Assembly (NCBI RefSeq): GCF_009914755.1
Contig: NC_060936.1
Length of the DNA stretch: 64,000 bases
Strand: one strand, 5' to 3'
DNA from: the human T2T-CHM13v2.0 reference genome, Homo sapiens
This document shows positions 28,151 through 43,883 of the stretch, piece by piece. Every line of letters starts with the position of its first letter. Position 1 is the stretch's first letter. The notes under the pieces were generated by a model. That model saw only the letters and a program-made list of their open reading frames with translations, ran no database searches and was not told the origin of the DNA. The position numbers and the translations under genes are program-made.

Positions 28151-31100
28151 GTCCTCACTGTTTCATCTAACTAAAACCTAGCAGGAAAAGTGACAGCCAC
28201 AAAGAATACATAAAAATGAAATAAATAAAGTAGGTATCCTGAGAGACATTCACACAAAGTACTACTGAAGCTCAGAGGAGGGGAGAAGATGAGAGCATGT
28301 TAGCCATCATCATGGACCTTGATGGATGGGGAGGATTTTGAAAGAGAATGGTAAAGGGGACATTCCAGCAAGAGGGAATGATTTATCTCTGGGATGGGAC
28401 CATTGGGAACACAAAGGGGAACAGTCAGAACAAAGCCTGGAAGGGTGAGTCAGAGCCATGTTGTGTGAGGCTTTACATTCAAGCAGAGAAGCTGGCATTT
28501 AACATGTCAGGCAGGAGGAAAACAGCTAAAGGTTTTAAGCAGGAGAGTGACAGTGATTTGTATAAAATCATTTATTAAGATTCTGTAGGATGGATTAGCA
28601 TGAGTGAGTTCAGAATCTGGGAGATTGAATTGAACTTTGATAAGAGAGACTAAAGGCTTGAATTCAAGTGTTGGCTTTGGGAATGATCCGGGGAGAATAA
28701 GAGGCCCTACATATGCATACAGAACTTAGTAACCTTGTGGGGGAAGAGTGAGGTTTCCATGGTTTGTAAAGAAGCAGTACAGCTCTGGGAGAATGAGGAT
28801 ATGGTTCACTTACACAGCAAGGCAGGTTTAAGGGGAGCAGAGTGGAGATGCATTCATATTTTGACTTATCAGTGTCCAAGAAAATGTTCCACCATTAATA
28901 AGAAATAAATTTATAAAGTCAAGGGCAAGAACTTTTAAGGATCCATCAGTGCTCAGCCAGATTGTTTTGCCTATCTCCTCTTTCCCCTTTTGTTGTTCTT
29001 TCACATTTGGCCTCCTATTTGGAAAGTTTCCCAAAGCCTGGATGGACTGGCTGCTCACCATTTATCTCCTCCTTCTGATTTCTCTCCATTGTCACAATCA
29101 AATTCATGAAATTATACCTCTTAGTTGTTTATGTCTGCATGGTGCTGAACCTTTGCTAATAAAAATATGCATTTCTGCTGATCTTTAGCAAAAAATAAAA
29201 GCAAAATCATAGTGAAACCAAACCAAAACAGAGCAAATAAACATGCAGCCTAGAGGAAAAGAGAAACTGGAAGCAAGAGAAACCAGGAAACCATGCAGAC
29301 ATCAACCTAATAGAAATCAAGCAGAAACTGCCACAGAAACAACGCTGTCTACATTTGTCTCCGTGGATTTTATCTCAGGTTCTGCCAATGAAAACCTGAG
29401 AGTAGGTCTTTTACAATTACCTACATGGTCTGTGGTCAACAGATTAAATTGGATTAAACAAACAAACAACTCTTGAGTAAGGGAGAACAGAAAGCTTTGG
29501 TTTTCTGGACTGGATAAGTAGAAGTTCCTTAATGGTGTGAAGAGAGGTCACAGCTGAGTTACTCAAAGTAGAAACATGGAGACATTGTTTTGAAAGTTAT
29601 ATTAAAGAATACAAGTTTAGGATGTTTACAAATAAGTTTATTATATCATATTCCTTCAATCTCATTAGCTGTCAGCTAATGGCATTAACAGAAGGAAAAG
29701 TTTCTATTTTTAATTCTTTCAACCTATAAGGATCTGAGTAAAATTACTTCCTGAGAAGTCTTTTGTTGAAAATCATAGTTAGCAAACAGATTTAAGATCA
29801 AGTTATTTTCTTCAGTTAATGAGATTTATTTTGATATCAGTTTTGAGACATCACCATGTTTTCTTTTTTTTTTATTCCCAGATGTGCTATAATTCTGAAC
29901 TAAGTGTATGCCTTTTAGATTTCTTTCTGGTGTCTTGCCAATTGCCTGTTGACCTTCTGCTTCTGTCTTCCACAACCATCTCTACACATCATTCTTCTGA
30001 TCTTATTCTGTGTGCCTTTATAGCAAGCGTATCTACAAGTCATGTTACCAATAGGTCCAAACTTCTGAATTCACACCTGGCACCCTCTTTATTTTTAGCT
30101 ATGAACTTCTCAGGATAGGACTCTTGTCTTTAATCATATCACCATTCTCCCCCTCATAATAACTCTGCTTTAGAAACTCAGGGCAATTATCATTGCCGCT
30201 GAGGTGGCCTCCCCAACCTCCTTTCTTCTCTAGTTGAGTTAGTCAGGAACTCTCATCACACCTTGTAATCCTTTCTCTCATTGAGTACAGAAGCTGTGTC
30301 ATTCTCTCTCTCTTTTTTTTATCTTCAGAGATTTGCATTGTTTTCAGCACACAATGGATTCCTCAGTTAAGACCTGTGGAGTGAAAAAACAAAGGAACTA
30401 TGTATTCATATCTGTTAAAAAAATGTGTGCTTACAAAATGGACTTACATATAGCTATTGATGTATCTACAAATTAGGTTCATTTTTAGCCTTTTCCCAAA
30501 TCCCCTTTCTGAGGTGTCTTCCTATATATTGGTCCACCTCCATTGGCACTAGTGCCTTGATGCTACCTTTAGGCATTGCTTGAGGCTCAAAAAGTGTTCA
30601 TTTCTCCTCTTCCCATCATTATTTCTATTCTTCCATTCCTGTGATAATAGCTAGTTGTCAGCAAAAGAGAACAGTGTCTTTTAATTCTCATAAAATAACA
30701 AAGAAATAAGAATGTAATGATTGAGCTTTCTAAAATCTATTTGAATTTCAAATGCAAGTGTTAATCCTGAAGAATCAATCTCTAATGGTAAGATTTAAGG
30801 TATCACCTGAAAAACATCTCATAACCTGCTAGTCTATCTGTAAAACCCAGTCTGCACAACCCTGGGATATGGATACATTGAGAGAGGGTAGTTATTTGTA
30901 GGGGGTGTGTATTAGGATACTCTTTTCTTAGGTGTGATCTTTAGCTCCCCAGACATGCTGGGATAGAGCTCAACTTATGTTAAGTGCTTACTGCAATCCC
31001 TGCAATGACTGGCTCATGGAAAGGGAGCCCAGGTTCCTCCCCAGGCTCATTTATTGCCACTTCCCTCTGCATACTCTACATTCCAGTGTGGCTGGCTTTC

Positions 31101-31237
31101 ACTTAGTTTTGTATATATAGCCTAATCTTTTCTGGACTCAGAATGTACTACTCTATCATTCAGGAAGGACATCCTCCTCTTCTTTGCCTGGTTAACTTCT
31201 ACTCATTCTGCTCATCTCTCTGGTACTATATACTTTA

Positions 31238-31650
31238 TATCACTACGGGGTATATATCCAAAGGAAATCAAATTAGTATGTTGAAGAGCTATCTTTGTAC
31301 CCACATTTACTGCAGCATTATTCACAATAGCACTATTCATAATATTCACAATGTGGAGCCAACCTAAGTGTCCATCAATGGATGAGTGGATGAAGAAAAT
31401 GTGGTATATATGCACAATGGAATGCTATTCAACCATAGAAAGAATGAAATTTTCTCATTTGTGAAAACATGGATGAGTTTGAAAAACATTATGCTAAGTG
31501 AAATAAGCCAGACACAGAAAGATAATAATCTCACTCATATGTGGAATCTAAAAAAGCTGATCTCATAGAAGTATAGTGTAGACTGCTGGTTACCAGAGGT
31601 TGGGGTGGTTAGGAGGGAGGGAAAATGGGGGGATATTCATCAAAGGATAT
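31238..31650 (+). mobile_element. L1M (L1MA/MB) 3' fragment
   Basis: CAACCTAAGTGTCCATCAATGGATGAGTGGATG, ATGCTAAGTGAAATAAGCCAGACACAG. Confidence 0.85.
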
Positions 31651-31651
31651 C

Positions 31652-31792
31652 CAAGTGGATCTCAGAGATATTGTGGGATCTGTTCCAGACCACTGCAATA
31701 AAATAAATATTGCAATAAAGCGAGTGACATGAATTTTTGGTTTCCCACTGCATATAAAAGTTTACACCATACTGTAGTTTATTAAGTGTGCA
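31652..31792 (+). mobile_element. Tigger1 terminal fragment
   Basis: GAGATATTGTGGG...TTCCAGACCACTGCAATAAA...GCAATAAAGCGAGT; strand nominal. Confidence 0.8.
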
Positions 31793-32100
31793 TGCTTACT
31801 GTTCAGCACAGTAAAAATAAAGTCACTTTGGGAACAAATGGCAGACATGCTTATTGCTCATGATAAAAGATTTGGGTTCCCCAGGCTTGGGTTTTCTCTT
31901 CTATAATTAAACCATGGGCATAGTAATCCACTGGGGCCTATTCAATTTGTGGGACTTAGAGGCAAGGGGAATTGACACAGATATGCTGATACGCTGTTTG
32001 TTCTTCCATGAGTAATAAAGTCATTTGTCTCTAATTCGTGAGTCTCATGTTCTCTGTCAGAAAACCTGAAACTGTGATAGGTTGCTACCAAGTAGAGTAG
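31793..32100 (+). mobile_element. ERV-L-class LTR fragment (MER54/MER74-like)
   Basis: ATGAGTAATAAAGTCATTTGTCTCT; similar to the reverse complement of 57342-57470. Confidence 0.5.
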
Positions 32101-32641
32101 TCTTAGATCCTTCACAGTTGACAATGATATCCTCAACTTAAAATGTTTCCATGATTTCTCTATTGCTTTTAAAAGTAAATTCCTTATCATGCTCTGCAAG
32201 GCCCATATCATCAAATTCCTTTCTACTTTTGCTATGCCCCACAACTTAATTTATCTTTTAACTGACTTAAGATTTTCCAGTGTCAGGGTTCTCAGTTGTC
32301 TGAACCCCTAGTTAATTATTTCTACTGGCTTACCACTTCTACCACCACAACTGTGTACTGTCATGTCCCTAAATAGATCCCCTGCTAAAGACATCCCCAC
32401 AAATCTACCAAAATAATAAAGATTTGGGTAGGATGTTCATATAAGAGATATTATGAGCATATTTTATTAGTAGTGTTAAAGTAATGATTTTTTTCACTTC
32501 TAGCTGCCCAGTAACTCTGTTTCCCTCACATTTAAAATACTAGTTATCTCTGGTGGAAAGGTTTTTGCCTAAGGCTATAGTTTTGGAGTTATCAGGGTAG
32601 TACTTCATTCTGAAACTGCAATATTAAGATATATACCAGTG

Positions 32642-32764
32642 CATCTGGGCATGGTAGCACACCGTTATAGTCCCAGCTTCCTGGGAGGCTGAAGTGGGAG
32701 GATTGCTTGATCCCAGGAATTCAAGGCCAGCCTGGGCAACATAGCAAGCTTCTGCCTTTTCTTA
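32642..32764 (+). mobile_element. FLAM monomer
   Basis: Single 7SL-derived arm; TSD AAGATATATACCAGTG/AAAATACATACCAGCG. Confidence 0.85.
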
Positions 32765-33019
32765 AAAATACATACCAGCGGCATGAGCATTGCATAGCAT
32801 CACAACACTAGGCCACATGTCCATGAAGAGAAAAATATCACCCTACTTAAGTAAGATGTACCTTTATTGGCTTTCATTTATAACATCTCCAAACCTGTCC
32901 ATATAAATATATTCATAATTTTAGGTATCTGCTGTAGGTGACATTAAGAAAATCCACTTTTTGCCCTCCCTCATCCCCATCGAGAACCCTATATGTGATA
33001 TGTTAAAAATGGGCCTGTT

Positions 33020-34660
<1,641 letters not shown>

Positions 34661-35168
34661 TAACAACCAGGCCACAGAGTTAGCAAATGACAAAGCTGGC
34701 AGAAAATTTTGAACCACAGCTCTTCATTTTTTGGGTTACTTCGCTATGTTATTTCATTTTGACTCTGGAATAAAGTACATTAAACTATGAATTTTCCATC
34801 TGTGTACACCACAAATCACAATATCCTTCATCATAGAACAAAAAGATGAAATCTTGCCATGGTATTTGAGTAATAGCTCCCTGTTACAGTGACCTGATTT
34901 GAAAAAGACTGTGGCCTTGACGTTTTCTATGGATAAAATTTGTTCCATAACCCTTTATTTAGCAAAGGTTCTTTCCATTTTAAAAAAGTAACATTAATTT
35001 AATGTTAAGAAAATGGCATAGAACAAACATACAATTTAGGATTAAAACATGTTTATTTTCATGATGTAATTTTATCTAGAGAGTTTGTATCTAAAGGCAG
35101 TAGGGTAATGACTTATAGAAGCAATATATGCTGTATAAAGATAAGTCTTTGGCTAACACTCAGATTTA

Positions 35169-35933
<765 letters not shown>

Positions 35934-36959
35934 CTAGGGCAGAATAGAGGGCAAAAAAAATTGAAGAAACACAATGAAGCTGAATTTTTATCTGTGACAA
36001 AAAGCTATGCGGAAATAGAAATAAAAAGTTTCTGACCCATTTAACTTTTAAAAAAAGAAGGGTTAGGGCTAATGGAAACTTGGATCACTGTGGTATTTAA
36101 GCATAATTTCTAGAACAGAGTATTAATATCTTATTATTATCATCTTCTAACTCCCTCTCTGATTCCGTATATTGTGGAGTCTGAAGGAGCTCTGTATCCT
36201 TAAGAAGTCTTTCAAATCACCATTAGTAACATAAAAGCCTGTTGCAGGAAAATAAACAATATTTTAATTTCAGCTTTAATAGGTGGTTCTTCAGATTTTC
36301 CCAGTTAAGTGAAGCAACAGAGTAACCACACCATTTCTATGTGTTTATTTATATCCCTTGTCTGCATTGCTCAGCCAAAATGCCACTTCTTTATGAAAAC
36401 TTTCCCAGATCTTTCCCTTTTAAAGGGAATTTATCCTTCTTCCTTCATAGCATTTAATCCCAATTATAATACTCTCTAGAATTTTTATAGCTATGGGTTT
36501 GTTATATTTCTTCTGTAACCATTCACATATATAAATATTTATATATAACCTACAATGGTAGAATCTGTACAAACTAACAAGTATTTATTAGTGAATAAAC
36601 ACATGAATTCCTAATTTATCCAAATGCAAGCCAGAGAGAATTTATTGACATCTGTTTTAAAAACTGCTGTTGTTTATGTAAAATCTAACTTACTGAAAGG
36701 CTTAGTACATTTTTTCCCTCTTTAGGAGATGCGTGGATGCTTGCTTGTGTGTGCACATGCATGCATGACTATTTTGAATAGGTTTATTTGACTTGTAAAG
36801 AGTGAGTAATTTCAAATTCAGGTCAAAATATTTCCATGATGCCAGCCTGGCTTTCTCAAGGGAGATATACTTCTACTGCTCAAAGTGAAAACTTAAAAAT
36901 ATCTGTGTCTCATGGGAAATGGTGCTTCCTTGAAGTAGCATACTTTTCTGCTTGCAGGT

Positions 36960-37180
36960 AATATGACAAAATGATTAAGATCTTAGGCTCTGGAGTAAGA
37001 TGGAAGTCCAAATCTCCCACTCTGCCACTTTGGATTACCCAGTTTTGATAGTTTCCTGTTTGCAAAATGGAGGAAATATTCATGATTATTTTATAGGATT
37101 GTTCTGAGGATTAAATGAGATGTAAAGTACTAAGCAAAGTACACGGACCAGAGAAAACACCGTGTAAATATTAGGTATAG
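36960..37180 (+). mobile_element. MIR
   Basis: GGCTCTGGAGT...TGCAAAATGG...GAGGATTAAATGAGATGTAAAG. Confidence 0.75.
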
Positions 37181-38501
37181 TAACATCTACAGAGCTGTAT
37201 GTTCAAATGCCCCGTTTTTGGAAACTTCTTTCCACTCTAATATGCATGGTTACTTCCTTATTTGTTCAGTGTGTCCTTATCCTTTGGCCAAAGCTAATTG
37301 GCTAAAAAATGGACTTCACCCTAACCTAGGTCAATATAAGTTTCTTCTTTGGGAATGGGAATTTGACACCAAGAGAATAATTTTTTTCTCATTTTGAATT
37401 GTTAGCCCTATAATGTAGACATGGGAGCTATCATGCACATGGATTTTGCACATTACCTAGAGAAAATGAGAAAGCTAATCTTAAGCAGCAGAGAGAAGAA
37501 AAAAAAATGGCAGGTTATTGGGCCCTGGTTAAAGATGGTGGATTGACATATTAACCCCACTCTTTCCTGATACCCTCAAAAAACACTGTAAAGGAGTTAA
37601 AAGAAGGCATACATACATAGAGAAAAAGAAAATGAAACTTCTACTTCCAGAACAAGATGAAGGAGGTGCATTTTTTCTCATTCCTCCCACTAAGTACAGC
37701 TAAGTGCCTGGGACATTAGATATAAAACAAATTGAGAAGACTTTGAAAGGTGGAGTCAAGATAGACTGGCTAGGAATTTCAGAACTCTAGACAAGACACA
37801 GTGGTCAATTTCCTGGGTTTTCTTTTTGCCTAATATATGCTTATATTTCTGTGTGGTGAAAAAGCCAGCAACCTCGAAATGTGAATAATCACAGAGAAAA
37901 AGGAAAAATTAAGAAAAGCCTGTTTTTTTTTTCTAGGCAAAACCAAAAAGTAGGCAGTATACCGGTAAAGTTTTAGACAACAATTACTCTAGTGTAATCA
38001 AACATCATAGAGAAAAGTGTGACCCCTCCTATACCCCCAGCAATAAAGGCCTGGTGGAAAGCCTAGGATTCCTCCCTTGCCCAGTTGTGATGAGTTTCCC
38101 TCCCCAACTTGATGTGTTTCCCAGAAGGCCAAGGGGAGCTGACACTTTAATTCCCAACTGGGCATGTCAGTAGAGAATATTTGGGGAGCATGGACCTCCA
38201 TTCCCATCCAGCAATAACCAACTGCTCCTCCTTCTCCCTGCCGTGGTGGTATTACTGAAGGCTGAGTGGGAAACTAGGACCTTTACCTGCTTCCAGAGGT
38301 GACAAGGCCACCCCATGGTGTCAGTGAAGGCCACATAGAAGGAAGTAGTAAGTGTCCCTCATTCTCCCAGCCAGGGTTATGTCAGCAGAGGCTTATTGAG
38401 AACCAGAACTACCACCTGCCCTCAGTGGCAACAAGGAGCCCTTCTCCCCCCTTCCCCAGGTATACATTAAGGCTGAGAGGGGAACTCAGACTTCCACATT
38501 T

Positions 38502-38810
38502 CTTTCTCTCTCTCTCTTTTTTTTTTTTTTTGAGACAGTGTCTCACTCTGTTACCCAGGCTGGAGTACAGTGGCACAGTTCCAGCTCACTGTAACCTCTA
38601 CTACCCAAGCTCAAGTGATCCTCCCACCTCAGCCTCCTGAATATTTGGGCTACAGGTGTGCACCACTACACTGGCTAATTAAAAAATTTTTTTTTGTAGA
38701 GCTGAGGTCTCTCTATGTTGCCAGGCTGGTCACTCCTGGGCTCAAGTGATCCATCTTCTTTGGCCTCCCACAGTGCTGGGATTACAGGTGTGAGCCACCC
38801 TGCCGGGCCA
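38502..38810 (-). mobile_element. AluJ
   Basis: GCTCAAGTGATCCTCCCACC; TSD AGAC(C)TTCCACATT. Confidence 0.9.
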
Positions 38811-38849
38811 AGACCTTCCACATTCTATCTCCACCTGGCAGTAATATGG

Positions 38850-39344
38850 TGTAAGGCCTAAAATTAAGGTCAAGTATTAAGTGTTGTCTTAACATTTGTT
38901 GAAACCAGAAGGGCCTCAACTGGCCTAACCACATGTTCCCCTCCCCCTGATGCTGCAGATAAGGCCCTCTAGCCCAACAATCTCCCCATCAAGAGGATCA
39001 GGTGAAGTTCCTGCTTATCCCTGAGTAGTGGGTTTCAATTCCAGCCCTTGGAATTATTCAAACAAGTCAATCATATCCTCTCACAGGAACCAGGGGGCAT
39101 CCCACTCTCTTGATACTACCAAGTTTTCCTTCTACAGTACCTGGTTGTTCATTCTGTCTTTGAGTGTGTGACCTGGTATGGTGTAGTATGTTGAGTCCTC
39201 CTTCACAGGCTGTGAGTACCTGTGACTAATAAATTGCTATCAATTTCATCTGTCTAGTATTGGGTATCATGTGTTCAGCCATCTCTATGGCTCTAGGCAG
39301 GAATCTTTCCCTTACCAATAAGGTGAATAGGAGGTCATTAAAAC
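38850..39344 (+). mobile_element. ERV solo LTR (family unresolved)
   Basis: TGTAAGGCCTAAAATTAAGG start, AATAAATTGC, ends GTCATTAAAACA; interrupts L1M. Confidence 0.6.
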
Positions 39345-40571
39345 AGGAACAAAACAGCATCATCCTACCCAAACTGGAGCAATGTAAAAAAAAGAAAAAC
39401 AACAACAACAACAGTAACAGCTAAAGTTTAAAAGAGATCCCAAGTCTTATAATGTAACACACAAATGTTCAGGTTTCAATAAAAAGCAAGGCATCATTCC
39501 AAAAACCAGGAAGATCAAAAATGGAATGAAAAAGACAACCGGTAAATTCCAACACTGTCATGACACAGATGTTAGAATTATCTGATAGGATTTTGAAGCA
39601 GCCATCATAAAAATGCTCCAGCAAACAATTGTAAATACACTTGAAACAAATTAAAAAAACAGAAAATCTCAGTGAAGAAATAAAATATGTAAAGAGGGAA
39701 CAAATGGACATTCTAGAACTGAAAAAAATACAATAAACAAAATGAAAACTCAGTGAATGAGTTTCACAACAGAATGGAGATAACAGATAAAAAAAATCAG
39801 TGAATTTGAAAGAACAATAAAAATTACCCAATCTGGAACAGGGAAAAAATATGCTTAAAAAAAAAAAAGGGAAACAGACTCGCAGGGAACTGAACCTCAC
39901 ACCTCATACAAAAATTAACACACAGTGGACTATCTATTTAAATGTAAAATGTAAAACTCTCAAACTTTTAGAAGAAAGCATGTGAGAAAATATTCAGGAC
40001 TTAAGACTTGGTGAAGTTCTTAGACTTGACAGCAAAAACATGACACACAGATGCAAAAAAATTGGTAAATTAGATTTTCCCAAAATTAAAATCTTTCTCT
40101 GCAAAAGACCCTGTTAAGTGGATGAAAACAAGGTGTGGATTGGGAGAATGGAATATATATATTACATGTTACATATCTAGGTATCAAACTGATATCTAGA
40201 ATATATAAAGAATTCTTAGAAGTTTATAATAAAACAATGACAACAACAAATAAAATTCAATTAGAACATGGAAAAGAGACATGAACAGACATTTCACTGG
40301 AGGATGTATAAATAATAAGCACAGGAAAAGATGTTTAACATCACTAGCTATGAAGCAAATGCAAATTAAGACTAATGAGATATCATTATACATGTTAATA
40401 TGGTTAACATAAAAAATAGTGGCAATGCCAAATGCTGTAAGAATTTAGGGAAACTAGATCTTCCATACATTGCTGCTGAGAATGTAAAATGATACAGCCA
40501 CTCTGGAAAATAGTTTGGCCGTTTCTTATAAAATTAAACATTCAACTACCATATGACTCAATAAAAACACT

Positions 40572-41050
40572 TGTAACTGAACTCAGGTCTGGCCATTCAT
40601 CACTTGAAAGCCAAAACTCAAGAGACAAGCTTTGGTGAAAAGGAAAGTTAGCTTTTATTTTGGAAGCTGGTAACCTGAGGGAGGCAGTGAACTCATGTTC
40701 AAAGACCGCTTCTCTGATTTGTGTCTCTGCATCAGGGGTTTTTAAGAGAAAACTGGGGGAAGTGCAAATGATGATCAAAGCATTCTAGTAAAATGTGCAC
40801 TGTCTCAGGCAGGTAGTTAATTATGGCTTTTTAGGTCAATGTCTGGTAACCTTCTGCAGGCACCTCAGGCTATTCTTATCAGGCCAGCCAGCCCATTTCC
40901 AGAGTTGTTGGTCAGTATATTTTCTTTTATCTTTGTTGAAGGTCTAGTTTTCCTAAGGCTGTTTTTAATGAATAATCTATAAACTCTAGCAAAGCAGTAA
41001 TTATTTCAAGCAAATGAGCTTTTCTCTAACATGGAGTCAGTACTGTTACA
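40572..41050 (-). mobile_element. ERV1 solo LTR (family unresolved)
   Basis: TGTAAC...GTTACA terminal inverted repeat; TSD CACT/CCCT; interrupts L1M ORF2. Confidence 0.75.
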
Positions 41051-42450
41051 CCCTTGTAGGCATTTATCACAGAGAAATAAAAATTTGTGTTACAAAAACC
41101 TATACAAGAATGGTTACAGCAGCTTAATTTGTAATCATCCTAAACTAGAAAAAAACCAAAATGTCCTTCAATAAATATGTGGTTAATCAAACTGTAGCAC
41201 ACTCATAGCATAGAATAATTTTTTTCTTTGTCTTTAGGCTATTCATGGGAAAACTGACGATTAAAGATGAGATATGAGATAGTTTGTTCTCTATCTCTCA
41301 TTACAAAAAACTTTTAAGTTTTCTAACTTAAAATTTCACATTAAGTAGAAAAAGTTAATTTTACATTACAAGAAGACTTGGTGTTAAGGAATCTGCAGTC
41401 AAAATGTATAAAATTCTCATCAATTAAAATACATTATTGTGATCCAGGTCTACTAAACACTGTGAATAACTAGAAAAATGATTTCCAGCCCTCCTTTTAG
41501 TCTTCCAGTAGTTAAAATGCACATCAAAATTTAAAACAATGTCCAAAATCACACAATAAATAAGTGGAAGAATGGGAATTGTGTCCCTATTTATCTTGTT
41601 CCAGAGCCAAGATCTTAACTGCATTGTGCATAGAAAGCCTGCAACTTGAGACCTAAACCACTCCAGAAAAGATTTTCCATTGGTCCATTGTCATTTTGGG
41701 TAAAACAAAGCAGCTACATCTTGTCTTCCCTTAATTTTCTCTAGAGCAGAATAAAAACAGCAACAACACTGCTCTATTTTATTCATGAGCCCTGCCTATA
41801 TCTTACTCTTTGAAAGGTCATGGTAACTCTGTTTTATCAAATATAATAGAATGTTAAATACAACTCTTCCTGCTATCTCAGAGATTACTTATAAGCCTCC
41901 AAAACCAAAAAGAAGTACCACTAAGGCATAGAGCAAGGAAGAGGTGGATCACAAATATGGTACAATACATACTGAGCGATTGTGAAGGCTGTTCTGCCAA
42001 CCTCCACTTTTTGGCCACATCCAGGTTACATGAGAGAGGTTGAAGAGGCTATTGTCTTTTCCAAATGAAGCATACAGAGGTTGATGTGGTATTCCATGTT
42101 TGGAGGTCCTAGAGATTGAGGCTATGTGTGAATTTTGTCAGGAAATATCCCAGGCAGAGCATCACTTGAGATGCCTGCCTGGTGACAGAGAAAGGTCTGC
42201 ACAGAAAGTGAGATGTAATTTGTGGTGTGGAAAAGGACCTATCTCTTGAGTATTACATGTTGACCCAGCAGACATGTGGGTTAATATTTAAAGGGACTCC
42301 ACAAAGAGGACATCTGGAGTGGTGAAAAGACTCCAAGAGAGGGAGGAACTATTGGAAAATAGAAAGCAGACATGGGTCCTAAGTGGACAATGGAAAAAAC
42401 TCTATCACCATCTGGGAAGTTGGTGGGTCTGAGGAATCCTCAAGAGCAGC

Positions 42451-42997
42451 TGGCAGAGAGGAAAAACTTTTCCTCTACTCTGTCATATTCAGTATCTGGG
42501 GGTCTGTGACTTAAACTAACAAAAGACAGATTAATAGGAGAAAAGGCATACAATTTTTATTAATGTTTACATTCATGGGAGTTCACAGGGGGAAAAAGTG
42601 AAACTCAAGGAGTATTTAGACTCAGGGGCTTAGTTAGATGGTAATGTTAACAAAAGAAAGGGAGTTTGAATTTTGAGGGATGATAAATTGCAGATAAGTG
42701 ACTTGGAAACATGAGAAAACTAATGGAAGATAACAGTTATTTTCATAGGGTATTTTTATGCAAACTTATCTCCTTGTTGACTCTGTCTTCAGTGATAATA
42801 GTTGCTCTCCTCTTTCTGGTATGAGGAAGGGGTTGTGGGGGACACATCTTTGCAAAAATAAATTTATGTCCTGCTTTTGGGCAGATAAGGGGAGGGCAAC
42901 AAACTGTTCTGCATCTTGATTCTTAATAATCCTCAGCTCAAAATACTCTTTTTGCCAAAGTGGCATATTTTGGAGTGGCATATCCTGATCCCCTTCA
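42451..42997 (-). mobile_element. MER34-like solo LTR
   Basis: Minus strand starts TGAAGGGGATCAGGATATGCCACTCCAAAATATGCCACTTTGG; perfect TSD CAGC. Confidence 0.8.
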
Positions 42998-43195
42998 CAG
43001 CTCTCCCTATTTCAGACTTCTGAGCCTGAAGCAGTCTGGAGCAGGTGAATTGAGCTTGGAGTAATGAGCCATTGGACAGGAATTCTGTTATTTATTATCT
43101 GATAGTGACTGAAAAAGCTAGGGGATTCATTGCAATTTCATTTTGGAGGATTGAACAGAGCTCTTTAGTGGAATGAGTTTAATGGAGAGTGAGGG

Positions 43196-43647
43196 TATAT
43201 TAGTCAGGGTTCTCTATGGGGACAGAAGTAACAGGATAGATGTATATATAAAGGGGAGTTTATTAAGGAGTATTGACTCACATGATCACAAAGGTGAGGT
43301 CCCACAATAGACCGTCTGCAAGCTGAGGAGCAAGGAAGCCAGTCCGAGTCTGAAACCTGAAGAACTTGGAGTCTGAAGTTCAAGGGCAGGAAGCATCCAG
43401 CATGGGGGAAAGATGTAGGCCAGAAGACTAAACCAGTCTAGTCTTTCACATTCTTCTGCTAGCTTTTATTCTGACCACACTGGCAGCTGATTAGATGGTT
43501 CCCACCCAGATTGAGGGTGGGTCTGCCTTTCCTAGTCTACTGACTCAAATGTTAATCTCCTTTGGCAACACACTCACAGACACACCCAGGAACAATACTT
43601 TGCATCCTTCAGTCTAATCAAGTGGACACTCAGTATTAACCATCACA
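43196..43647 (-). mobile_element. MLT2A solo LTR
   Basis: TATATTAGTCAGGGTTCTCTA...GTATTAACCATCACA; perfect TSD GAGGG. Confidence 0.92.
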
Positions 43648-43883
43648 GAGGGAAAACATAAAGTTGCTTTCTCCATGCTTCTGACGAATTAAAACCATTT
43701 GGGATGGGGAAATTCAATGGAGACAGATACTATGGAATGATGAAAACAGCCTGCATGCTAGTTGTCAAGATTAGCCCCCTCCTAGTCACCTAATAGAAGA
43801 GTGTGAAAGAGGAATATTCCAACACAATATGTAGAGTTAAGTGAGATGATAAAGATATGATGAAAAATTTCTTATTGCAAAGC

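Larger units (their letters stand above)
37530..41215 (+). mobile_element. Fragmented old L1M (5'UTR, ORF1 and 3' ORF2 pieces) hosting later insertions
   Basis: ORF1-like A-rich block 39500-39890; ORF2 motifs ACATGAACAGACATTTCAC, GAATGTAAAATGATACAGCCACTCTGGAAAA. Confidence 0.75.
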
